From an uncultured Candidatus Saccharibacteria bacterium (lineage in GTDB: Bacteria > Patescibacteriota > Saccharimonadia > CAILAD01 > BJGX01): a DNA stretch of 64,000 nt. The stretch spans positions 7,647 to 71,646 of the forward strand of contig CAZEIU010000001.1 of assembly GCA_964512085.1 (NCBI GenBank), written 5' to 3'. The notes beneath the pieces were generated by a model. It made no database searches and was not told where the DNA came from. It saw only the letters and a list, made by a program, of their open reading frames with translations. Positions 19,068 to 27,294 of the stretch are shown here, in pieces. Within the stretch, counting starts at the first letter, position 1. Every line of letters starts with the position of its first letter. The position numbers and the translations under genes are program-made.

Positions 19068-19091
19068 GGTCTGAACCAAACGGTTCAGACC
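19068..19091. repeat. perfect 10-bp GC-rich hairpin (GGTCTGAACC-aaac-GGTTCAGACC)
   Basis: Read directly; lies between the small acidic ORF and the tmRNA promoter region. Confidence 0.6.
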
Positions 19092-19103
19092 GGTTGCCAG
19101 CAC

Positions 19104-19295
19104 TTACAGGTAGCCAGCCGACACCTTGGGGTTCTCTGGGAGGGTATCGTGTGCTTCGGCACACGCATGTCCACTCTCGTGACCCCTCAAGAAGAACTCC
19201 ATGCAGATCTCGACCGGGCTCATGCCCTCAGCAGTCATCTCGAGGATCATCTGCTCGGCAAGGTCGAACATGAGTTCCATCTCGGGATCCTCCAT
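19104..19295 (-). CDS. small acidic hypothetical protein (63 aa) with strong SD, GC-rich codon usage
   Basis: AAGGAGAG 6 nt upstream of ATG; helical acidic sequence MEDPEMELMFDLAEQMILEM...; codon usage (CTC/GAG/GGC) unlike the host background. Confidence 0.3.
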   Translation of the reverse strand: MEDPEMELMFDLAEQMILEMTAEGMSPVEICMEFFLRGHESGHACAEAHDTLPENPKVSAGYL

Positions 19296-20235
19296 TGCAC
19301 TCTCCTTCTTCTCGTCGGAAAAATAAAGGTAGAAATAGAAAAAGAGCTAAGTTCACCTCAAGCAAGGGTGAGCCTAAACTATCGCGGTTGCGATAGACGA
19401 GTCGCTCCAAAGCTACTACTCTCGTTTTAAGTTGCTCAAGTAGTATCAGCTAGAAAACCCAGCTGTGCTTGAGTGAGCATGAGAAATGGTCGTAAGGAAC
19501 ATCTCGGGACTATCCCGACAGAAACTTTCGAACTAGTTAAATGTTCAAAAACTTTTGTTGAGACCCTCCGAGACCCCAACAAAGTTGGAGCCCCGAAGGG
19601 GTGATGAGACAACACCTAGCTGTACTGAGCTTTCGCTAGATGGTTGAGCCGTCTGGTTAGGCTCAGGCATTATGTCTCCTTGCCCGGATCAGGATTTGCT
19701 GATGCATCTCAGCCTGATCAACTCTACCCTCTCTTGCGCATGCATCATTATGCACTTCGGAGCAGGATAGAGATTTTTGGGCAGCTGCGCTCAATCCGTC
19801 GGCAGACGAAGAGCGACGAGCCGCCACGAGCTTGACACTCCCTTTCGCGAACGCTTGCGGTTTCACCCGCTCACGCACCGGGGAAGGAATGTCGTCATTA
19901 AGCCACTAGGGTCCCCGGATCCAATTGTTTTACTACCCACCTCTCTCGAGGTCACCCGTTTGCGGGTGTCGGAGTATACCTCCGCAGGCTGGATCATTAC
20001 TTACCTCCCTACTGTCTGCGAGCGCTTCTGCAGAACTTCATCCTCACCCGGCGAACCGTTTTAGATGAAGCCTCCCCTGTAACGCCGGGAAGCAGATTGT
20101 CGTGGCAGCGATTTTAGCTGTAAGGCTCCCCACCTCCCATCGGCCCGATCGTGTCGAGTAGCGACGAAGAAGCTCTTACAGCAAGGTTGAGATGAGGCAG
20201 CGGTCCCGCCATGACCCTCAACCTAATTTTTTGAA

Positions 20236-20295
20236 AGCATTTGGCTTTCAGGCTCAATACAATGTTTGGTGTACTAAGCTTGAAAGCCAAATGCT
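20236..20295. repeat. long hairpin: 15-bp perfect stem (AGCATTTGGCTTTCA / TGAAAGCCAAATGCT), extendable to ~19 bp, ~21-nt loop, preceded by a T-run
   Basis: Read directly in the AT-richer core of the GC-rich island. Confidence 0.6.
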
Positions 20296-20598
20296 ATTTT
20301 GTAGGTACTACTATTTGCAATAACCATTTGCTACTGCCAAAGTCCGTAATGACATTACCAATCTGTCCACAATAATTTTTTAATATATGACACTGGCGCA
20401 TTACAGACTGTGGCAATATAGCAAAGTACAGTTTTCGTTCTAAGTGGCAACATGGGTTGCCGAACTCATCAGTGCTGGCACTACCAGCAGAACTGCCCCC
20501 TAGGGCAAAAACACTAGGGGTAGAGATCCTTCCAAGGGAAGGTTGAGCGTCATCTCTATGTGGCGCGCTGATTTTAGCTCGTGAGCTCGAGCAGTGGA

Positions 20599-20620
20599 AA
20601 TCTCTTGCGAGATTTTTTTA
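20599..20620 (+). terminator. rho-independent terminator-like hairpin (AATCTC-ttgc-GAGATT + T7)
   Basis: 6-bp stem followed by TTTTTTT on the plus strand; it closes a ~180-nt stretch (20440-20620) with at least three further short perfect hairpins. Confidence 0.4.
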
Positions 20621-20747
20621 AACAGGGCGCCACTATACCCTCGAGGTACAACACAGCTTTGTTGTGGGAGCTACCCCAGACCTTGTCTCACCGATTCTTT
20701 TTCTCTCGGTTTGACTTCTGTTGCCAGGGAGGTCAATCCCCCTCAAG

Positions 20748-20966
20748 TCACTGAGTGACTAGCTGTGGCGACCGGCGTGGGGGCACAGGCTCAACGTGGT
20801 TGTAGTCAACCTCGTCGTCTGCGAAGGACCCAAACGGGTACCCTCGCCCACAACTCGGGCAGATCCTCTGCCGAGTCGCGTCCCAGCCGGTGTACTTCAG
20901 CACCGTGTCATCTACGACACAGCGCTTCAGTTCCACCTTCTTCTTTCTCTTGGTAGGCATACACAA
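20748..20966 (-). CDS. small zinc-ribbon-like hypothetical protein (72 aa; may start at second ATG, 20960)
   Basis: MPTKRKKKVELKRCVVDD...ICPSCGRGYPFGSF...; a C-x2-C pair with a basic N-terminus; strongly GC-biased codons (CTG, GTG, GAC) foreign to this genome. Confidence 0.35.
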   Translation of the reverse strand: MCMPTKRKKKVELKRCVVDDTVLKYTGWDATRQRICPSCGRGYPFGSFADDEVDYNHVEPVPPRRSPQLVTQ

Positions 20967-21170
20967 ATCACTGTTTAAATGCTCTATGTGTGCCTACCAA
21001 TTTATTACAGGTAAAAGGTACTTTGGGTAGTATAGCAAAGAATATTATTTTTGTCAATACTTATTTACACTTTTTTTAGAGTTTGCAACTTCTTTCCTGT
21101 AGCTAATACTATATTTTGTGTTAATAACAAATATTTTTGTAAGGTTTATTAGTTTTTTTGTACGTAAAAA

Positions 21171-21188
21171 CCCGACATTAATGTCGGG
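21171..21188 (-). terminator. rho-independent terminator (CCCGACA-ttaa-TGTCGGG followed by T5 on the minus strand)
   Basis: 7-bp GC-rich stem; AAAAA on the plus strand at 21166-21170 gives a U-run in the minus sense. Terminates a minus-strand transcript coming from the GC-rich block 21240-21540. Confidence 0.5.
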
Positions 21189-21621
21189 TGATATGGTGTT
21201 GCCAGTAGTAATGGCGATATAGAGCCTTAATTACTATGGCAGAGATCGGTAATACTTACACTCCAGCTGTGTCGGTCGCGAAAGTGTCGCGCCTGCTAGA
21301 GGGAGACTTTTCTGCCGCACTGCTGTGTCTGCGTGATGAGTGACTGTGTGGCGGGTGGGTGGCCGAGAGTCTCAATCTCGACGCAATTTGGTAGGATCAA
21401 ATTCCTTCCATCCCTTTTCCTCTCCAGTGTTCAGCTGTTACCACTTGGGCCGCCCCAGGACCTTCCTGGGGCTCCTCGCTGCCCTCTCTTGAGGGCGAAG
21501 AAAGGATCGTCAGATCCCGTCCATGTATTACCCCCCCTTTAGAGAAGTGAGCGAGAACAGCTTTTACCAATATAACAGTTTAACTATTTTTTGTCAATAG
21601 TATTTGACAACAAAAAATATT

Positions 21622-22419
21622 TTACTTTTGATTCTTCCAGGCAAGTTCAAAAAGTTGTCGCAATACCCCCGCGATTTCCTTACTTTCAATAACAAGGCCT
21701 AATGCATCCTTGCCTCTATAAGTAGCAATTACAACAGCTCCTTTATAAAAGTTTAAGTCAGCCTTAATGGGTGTATCTATTTTTTTAGTTTCGCGTAAAA
21801 TTGATCTGTCGCTCTTAAGTTCGCCATTTAAATATGAATAAATTAGTTTACTAGCAATTTTCTTACGCATTCTATTTTTAGGGTTCTCAATCAATACATT
21901 TGGGTTAATTTTTAAAACTTCATCAACGTTAGTTAAAGAATATATTTCATCCCCTACCTTTGATTTACGCTTATAGTAGGAGCTAAGTACTTTAATTCCT
22001 TCTTCGCCTTTATAAAAACGCACAACTGGCGCATCGTCACCATCACTGGTAGCACGAGATACCTCTTTAAGACCTGGTAATAAGTTTTTGAGTTCATTTT
22101 TTTTGTTCATTACCTCAGTCGCCTGATTCTCTAAATATCTATCGATGGCTTCTGGTGGTTCGGCCACAAAAACGGTTTTTTTGCCTTGAGTGCTCTCGCT
22201 TACTAGCCCCATCTGAGCAAGTTCGTCGAGTATTACATAAGCTGTAGCTCGGTTTACATCGGCTTGCTCAGCGATTTTTTGTACGGCACTAGGGCCCAAA
22301 AATAATGCTGCCACGTAAACTTTGGCTTGCTTTTCGCTAAAGCCTACAGATTGGAGTTTGGCAGCTAGTTCAATTATTTGCATAAGGCTTATGCTATCAT
22401 AGTTTTGGGCTGTTGTCAA
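21622..22419 (-). CDS. TrmB-family transcriptional regulator (winged-helix HTH)
   Basis: N-terminal HTH region (MQIIELAAKLQSVGFSEKQAKVYVAALFLGPSAVQKIAEQADVNRATAYVILDELAQMGLV) typical of TrmB-like regulators, plus a C-terminal effector domain. Confidence 0.6.
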   Translation of the reverse strand: MTTAQNYDSISLMQIIELAAKLQSVGFSEKQAKVYVAALFLGPSAVQKIAEQADVNRATAYVILDELAQMGLVSESTQGKKTVFVAEPPEAIDRYLENQATEVMNKKNELKNLLPGLKEVSRATSDGDDAPVVRFYKGEEGIKVLSSYYKRKSKVGDEIYSLTNVDEVLKINPNVLIENPKNRMRKKIASKLIYSYLNGELKSDRSILRETKKIDTPIKADLNFYKGAVVIATYRGKDALGLVIESKEIAGVLRQLFELAWKNQK

Positions 22420-22492
22420 TATTTGTCAACAAAAGTTAATAGTAATAATGCTCAAAATATCGGCATTTTGCTTATGATATAATAAAATTGTT

Positions 22493-23719
22493 ATGCCTAA
22501 TACTGAAACACAAGCTAGCGAATTAGATCATGAAGTTGAGCAGCCCACTATTGACTTAACTGACGGCGTAAAGCAGACTGCACCAATTGGCGAAAAAACT
22601 CCCCTAACTGAAATAATTAAGCCCGGAAACTTCTTAGATTTCTGGATGAGGCTTAGAGATGCTGCAGAGATAAAGTACCATGATAAGCCTAAATTACAAG
22701 CAACATTTATACGTTTTTGCGAAAGTAACCACGCAAAATTACAAAATCTTCAAAAAGCAGTTGAAGGTAAACACCCTAAATACCCCCCTAGCGCTGGAGT
22801 CGCAATAGAATGGTATCAGCAACTAGGCAGTCTTAATGAACTAGTAGGTGCAGCGCCTTCCCTACTAAAAGCAGCTAAAATGATTGAGGACGACAAGGGC
22901 GCTACACTTAATCAAAAATTAACTGCATGCCAAATATATTTGGAGGCTGCAGAGAAGATAGATGAAACAGCAGACAAGTCTGGCTTACCCGACCCAACAG
23001 ATCTTAGAAACGCGACTTTGCAAAAACTCGCCCAAATTGAATTAGAAACTATCGAGAATAATCCAAAAGAAGCTCGTCTAAAGGTTGACTGTAGAGCTAT
23101 TGCATTAGATATAGCTTTTCAAAACTTTTTCAAAACATGCCGCGAACGTCACGTGCCAGATAATTTTATTGCAACAGAAACCCAAAAACTGCTAAATGAG
23201 ATTAAAAATATCTTAGAAAGTGTAGAGCAAATTTTTGAAAGCACGACTGAAAAAACAAAACTTCTTGGCTGGAGATCAGAAATAGCCCTTGCTTGTTTGG
23301 GTAAAAAAGTATTTTTGGCAAAACAAAACTGGGACGAAATATATAGCGCTCGATTAAGTACTTTGAGAGAAGATGTTCCGCATGATGGCATAAGCAAAAA
23401 TGCCGAAGTAGCTGGGCAAAATACAGAGCGCATGTCTTTTGACCTGATAGTGGGTATGGTAGAACATGTTGGTGGCAAGGTAGGTATTAAAAAGTTTCCT
23501 ATGCAAGTAAAAACTAAGATAAGAGCACCATACGAAAGTTCGGTGGCAAAGATCGCTACTGCAGATGTTCTGGGCAATGAAGGAATTGACACTATTATAT
23601 TTGCATTAACTAATGGCGGCCCAGCAATGCTGAGTAAAGTAAACTCTAACCTAGTAAGCTATTTAGAAAAGCTTGGCGGAAGATACTATAAAATTGCTGA
23701 CGCACTGTATCTAAAATAA
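22493..23719 (+). CDS. hypothetical soluble alpha-helical protein (408 aa)
   Basis: Divergently transcribed from the TrmB-like regulator; no signal peptide, no recognisable catalytic motif. Confidence 0.55.
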   Translation: MPNTETQASELDHEVEQPTIDLTDGVKQTAPIGEKTPLTEIIKPGNFLDFWMRLRDAAEIKYHDKPKLQATFIRFCESNHAKLQNLQKAVEGKHPKYPPSAGVAIEWYQQLGSLNELVGAAPSLLKAAKMIEDDKGATLNQKLTACQIYLEAAEKIDETADKSGLPDPTDLRNATLQKLAQIELETIENNPKEARLKVDCRAIALDIAFQNFFKTCRERHVPDNFIATETQKLLNEIKNILESVEQIFESTTEKTKLLGWRSEIALACLGKKVFLAKQNWDEIYSARLSTLREDVPHDGISKNAEVAGQNTERMSFDLIVGMVEHVGGKVGIKKFPMQVKTKIRAPYESSVAKIATADVLGNEGIDTIIFALTNGGPAMLSKVNSNLVSYLEKLGGRYYKIADALYLK

Positions 23720-24118
23720 AATGCTCCCCTTACAGATAACTATAAGAAGAGCAAATACTAGATAGAGTCAACAAACTCAGTAGGAGGTATTTCTGTTACA
23801 GTAATTTCTAAAATTTCACTAAGTGGGTCACTGCTTGTCTTGTCGGCTGCCTGCTCGGCTAGTTCCATCAAAAGTGGCCCAATATTTTTGATATGAGTTA
23901 CTGCATCAGTATTGATAGGTACAGACTTTCTCTCGGACACCAAAAAGCCTTTCTCTTTGCGTACAGCTCGGGTGTTTGGAGATTGTATAACATATTGTTA
24001 ATATTTGCAAGTTAAATGAGCTAGATAACTATTTACATAATCTGTAAAATTTGCTATGATAACTGCTGTTACTAATTTTTAGTATAACTCTTTCTAATAA
24101 AAGGAATAATAAAACTTA

Positions 24119-24484
24119 ATGCCTATAATTCAATCAGCTAAAAAAAGAATGAAACAAGCCGAAGCACGACGCAAATATAATGTTGCGGTAAAATCGGCTG
24201 TCAAAAAACACACCAAGGCTGTAAACGCCGAAATTGCTACAGGTGATGTTAAATCTAACCAAGCCCTAATTGCAGCTATTGCTCAAATAGACAAAGCCGT
24301 AAAAAAAGGTACCCTACACAAGCGTAACGCTGCCAGACGCAAATCTCGACTTACCCTTAGATACAACGCCGTAGCCAAACAACCTTTTGGCACCGAAAAA
24401 GCCGGAGCCAAAAAATCTCCTGCAAAGAAAGCTACTAAGCCAGCAGCCAAAAAGACTGCCAAGAAAACTACCAGCAAAAAGTAG
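24119..24484 (+). CDS. rpsT: 30S ribosomal protein S20 (bS20) with K/A-rich histone-H1-like C-terminal tail
   Basis: N-terminal core (SAKKRMKQAEARRKYNVAVKSAVKKHTKAV...ALIAAIAQIDKAVKKGTLHKRNAARRKSRL) is bS20. The C-terminus AKKSPAKKATKPAAKKTAKKTTSKK is a histone-H1-like lysine/alanine repeat tail. Confidence 0.85.
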   Translation: MPIIQSAKKRMKQAEARRKYNVAVKSAVKKHTKAVNAEIATGDVKSNQALIAAIAQIDKAVKKGTLHKRNAARRKSRLTLRYNAVAKQPFGTEKAGAKKSPAKKATKPAAKKTAKKTTSKK

Positions 24485-25462
24485 TTAGATTCTACTAAGG
24501 TTTACTATTAAACCTTCAAGACTGTCTTGCGACTCTTGTTTACCAATCTTAATATTAAAATCGGCCTCAACAATCAACCCGTAGGCCTTTTTTAATTGCG
24601 CCATACTTAGTTTTTTAACAATGTTTTGAGCTTTGGTGGCAGCATAAGGAGATGTTTTGGTTGTCTTAACCCACGCATTGCTTTTGCCTTCATTGTCTTT
24701 GGCTAGTACCAATACACGGTATTGATAAGTGATGGCGCCAAGAATTTTTTGATCGGGTTCTGATCTGGTTTTGAGACTTTCATATATCTCAATTGCTCTT
24801 TTAGGGTTACGTCGAATAATATTGTCTATCATTACAAAAACACTATAGTCAATGTTGGGTACCACTAGATCTTCTATAGATTCTGCAGTAATAGTTGAGT
24901 TGTAGTTTATAAGCTTTTGCACTTCTGAGTTGAGTTGCCACTGATCGTTACCAACTGCATCTATGAGCAAGCTTATTGTTCTATTGTCTGTATTGCCACC
25001 GGCTTGTTCTATTACTTTCTTCAACCAGCCTACTAACTGAGCAGGCGTTCGCTGTCGAAACTCTTTAGCGGTCTTTAATGAAGACATCTTTTTAAAATAC
25101 GCACTACGCTTATCTACTTCTCTATCGATCAATACTATATTAGTGGTATCAGATACAGCCTGCAAAATCTCTTCGCATTTTTCTTTACTTAGCTTGTGAG
25201 AAGCAAGGTCTCGAACAATCAGTAGCCGGCTAGTAACAAACATTGGTACTACCGCAAGAGAGTTGAGCAGATCGCTTAGTTTGCGCTCGCTCATCTCAAA
25301 TGTGTCCATATCAAAATCTCCACCGGTCTTAGTTGTGTATTGAGATTTTATTTTTCTCACTGCTTCGGCAATTTCAAAGCTATTTTCACCATAAAAGTAA
25401 AATATCATACTACTAGTATTCATTATTAATAGACTGCAAGCAAGCGCTGTACTCAACGCCAA
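24485..25462 (-). CDS. holA: DNA polymerase III delta subunit
   Basis: 325 aa; the FYGENSFEIAEAVRKIK... N-terminal region and overall length fit HolA. Adjacent to rpsT as in many bacteria. True start may be the internal MIFYFYG. Confidence 0.7.
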   Translation of the reverse strand: MALSTALACSLLIMNTSSMIFYFYGENSFEIAEAVRKIKSQYTTKTGGDFDMDTFEMSERKLSDLLNSLAVVPMFVTSRLLIVRDLASHKLSKEKCEEILQAVSDTTNIVLIDREVDKRSAYFKKMSSLKTAKEFRQRTPAQLVGWLKKVIEQAGGNTDNRTISLLIDAVGNDQWQLNSEVQKLINYNSTITAESIEDLVVPNIDYSVFVMIDNIIRRNPKRAIEIYESLKTRSEPDQKILGAITYQYRVLVLAKDNEGKSNAWVKTTKTSPYAATKAQNIVKKLSMAQLKKAYGLIVEADFNIKIGKQESQDSLEGLIVNLSRI

Positions 25463-25469
25463 CCCTTGG

Positions 25470-25772
25470 ATGTACCAGCCTGGCTGGACTCGCTGGGGCG
25501 GCAGTGCCGTACTTAAGCCTCCGGGCTCTAATGTGGCTCTTATTACTTATTACAGCGGCGGTAGTGCTGTGCAAGACTTTAATGTCGCCAATGATGCGCT
25601 GCAAGTTATGGCCGCTAGTTGCCTAAAAGACTTCGAGATCGAAAAAGAAGAGAATCCTAACTTCACTTGGATCGGTGGTCAACCGCCAAGCACTGAAAGA
25701 ATTCACCAATGGGATAGCGATAAAATAGTCGTCGATTTTGGTGCCCCTACCAGAATGCACGACGGAACTTAA
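25470..25772 (+). CDS. hypothetical protein (100 aa), GC-shifted
   Basis: ORF followed by a clean terminator (25784-25808). No motif. Confidence 0.35.
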   Translation: MYQPGWTRWGGSAVLKPPGSNVALITYYSGGSAVQDFNVANDALQVMAASCLKDFEIEKEENPNFTWIGGQPPSTERIHQWDSDKIVVDFGAPTRMHDGT

Positions 25773-25783
25773 GATAATTACTA

Positions 25784-25808
25784 CCTCAACGTAAAGTTGA
25801 GGTTTTTA
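25784..25808 (+). terminator. rho-independent terminator (CCTCAAC-gtaaa-GTTGAGG + TTTTTA)
   Basis: Read directly. Confidence 0.6.
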
Positions 25809-25813
25809 TATTT

Positions 25814-25838
25814 AAAAAGTCTCGATAGTTCGAGACTA
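25814..25838 (-). terminator. rho-independent terminator (AGTCTCGA-acta-TCGAGACT + T5 in minus sense)
   Basis: Read directly; convergent with the preceding terminator. Confidence 0.6.
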
Positions 25839-25844
25839 GTAGTA

Positions 25845-26162
25845 TTAATGCTTTACATTAAATCTTAAAATATTGTCGCTATGATAGGCATTATCGTGCA
25901 ACCTTTGGTACTCGCAATAAACAGCCAGAGTGTCGTCTACACTAAGCTCTGAAATAATTTCTAAACGTCTAGCAGATCTATGGTAAGCTTTCATCCAGCC
26001 ACAATTAGGGCAAAACGTATCGACATTATTACCAAAACCTGTACATAAGTTACCGGCGTAATGCTCGCATGGCCCACTTGGATTGAGCTGTGGGGCACGG
26101 CCATTTGCTACACACATATTATCTACCCTTGCTCTTTTTGGTACTTTTGCGTACTTCGGCAT
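25845..26162 (-). CDS. small Cys-rich protein (C-x8-C-x9-C-x2-CGW motif); alternative start at 26117 (MCVANG...)
   Basis: Track ORF MPKYAK...; contains GPCEHYAGNLCTGFGNNVDTFCPNCGWMKAYH. Its 5' region overlaps the upstream 56-aa paralog in another frame. Confidence 0.45.
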   Translation of the reverse strand: MPKYAKVPKRARVDNMCVANGRAPQLNPSGPCEHYAGNLCTGFGNNVDTFCPNCGWMKAYHRSARRLEIISELSVDDTLAVYCEYQRLHDNAYHSDNILRFNVKH

Positions 26163-26289
26163 GAGCTTTACGCATAGATTCGGAGTGATTCATTTCACTC
26201 CAACCACATGTAAGACAACGTTTGCCCTGACCTAAAAATACGGCGCAAGGACCATCTTTATCTAATTGTATTTTGCGAAATGGCCTCAT
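26119..26289 (-). CDS. small Cys-rich protein (56 aa), paralogous motif GPC-x9-C-x2-CGW
   Basis: Not in the ORF track (below 60 aa). GGAGGTGGTAT-ATG Shine-Dalgarno; MRPFRKIQLDKDGPCAVFLGQGKRCLTCGWSEMNH...; stop TAA overlaps the ATG of the downstream paralog (TAATATG). Confidence 0.45.
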   Translation of the reverse strand: MRPFRKIQLDKDGPCAVFLGQGKRCLTCGWSEMNHSESMRKAHAEVRKSTKKSKGR

Positions 26290-26334
26290 ATACCACCTCC
26301 GCTGATAGGTACGATTGAGTTTTATTATAGCACT

Positions 26335-27216
26335 TTATTTCTTGGGTAGTTTTTGGCAATAAGCACAATAGTGTGTTCCTCTACCCGCAACACGGGTCTT
26401 TTGTATTGGTTTGCCACAATTGGGGCAAGGTTTGCCATTGAGCCGAAAGACTTTGGCGAATTTAAGATAACTGCCTTTTTTGCCCTCGGCATCAACGTAG
26501 TTACGATCACTACTGCCACCTTGAGCTATACTTAGTTTCATCACCTCTCTGATAGCATTATATAATCTCTTAAGCTTAATTGTACTGATGTCTTGCACCT
26601 TTGAGGCAGGATGTATACGCGCCATAAACAAGCTTTCGTCGGCATATATATTGCCCACACCAGCAAGCACAGTTTGATCTAGTATCGCGGCTTTGATAGC
26701 AGATTTTTTGCGCTTTTGAAGTGCAGAATTAAATTGTTCGAAGGTATAAGAATCTTCTAACGGCTCGGGGCCTAACTTTTGTAAGAACACATTGTTTGTA
26801 TAAAGATCTTTGGTGGGCTCGAGCTTAATCCAGCCAAATTTTCGCTGGTCATTAAAATACAATTTGGCCCCACCTACAAAAGTAAATATCACTCTAGTAG
26901 ATCTGTTGGGTAGCTGGCTTACTAAACTATCGTTGGGGTGGCCGGCCCCAAAATGAGTATTGCCATCGTCATACACCAACTGTCCAGTCATCTTGAGATG
27001 AATAAGTAGACTATAGTCGCTACTAAGATCGATAATAATAACCTTTCCTCGTCTATCTACTTTGATAATCTTAGCGCCTATAAGGTACTTATCGATAAGT
27101 TCTTGGGAGTTTGGGAACCCTTTGGGCCAATCAAAAGTAACACTCTTAATTTGGAGATTCGGTAAAAGGCGTTGCAATCCTATTCTAACTGTTTCTACTT
27201 CTGGTAATTCGGGCAT
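26335..27216 (-). CDS. mutM: formamidopyrimidine-DNA glycosylase (Fpg/MutM)
   Basis: N-terminal MPELPEVE catalytic start, H2TH region and a C-terminal zinc finger (CPNCGKPIQKTRVAGRGTHYCAYCQ). Confidence 0.85.
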   Translation of the reverse strand: MPELPEVETVRIGLQRLLPNLQIKSVTFDWPKGFPNSQELIDKYLIGAKIIKVDRRGKVIIIDLSSDYSLLIHLKMTGQLVYDDGNTHFGAGHPNDSLVSQLPNRSTRVIFTFVGGAKLYFNDQRKFGWIKLEPTKDLYTNNVFLQKLGPEPLEDSYTFEQFNSALQKRKKSAIKAAILDQTVLAGVGNIYADESLFMARIHPASKVQDISTIKLKRLYNAIREVMKLSIAQGGSSDRNYVDAEGKKGSYLKFAKVFRLNGKPCPNCGKPIQKTRVAGRGTHYCAYCQKLPKK

Positions 27217-27294
27217 TTGCTAACATTATATACTATTGACTAAAGTTTTGTATGGTGTTAAAATTTTTAAGTTCCGCACCTTTAGCCAACAGGA

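Noticed and set aside
18969-19430. 153-aa plus-strand ORF in the GC-rich island
   Set aside because: It lies antisense to the 63-aa ORF that has a strong SD. Its composition (L/H/R/G-rich, no RBS) is typical of spurious open frames in GC-rich DNA, and it begins inside the palindrome at the tmRNA 5' end.
19440-20200. Tested whether the GC-rich structured blocks are RNase P RNA, SRP/4.5S RNA or rRNA fragments
   Set aside because: None of the universally conserved motifs (RNase P CR-I GGAAAGUCCGG, CR-II AGGGUGAAA...GGUAAGAGCGCACC, CR-V ACAGAAnCCGGCUUA; SRP GGAAGCAGCCAAGG; 16S 3' GGAUCACCUCCUU) are present on either strand. A GGTAACAG match at about 21.5 kb is isolated.
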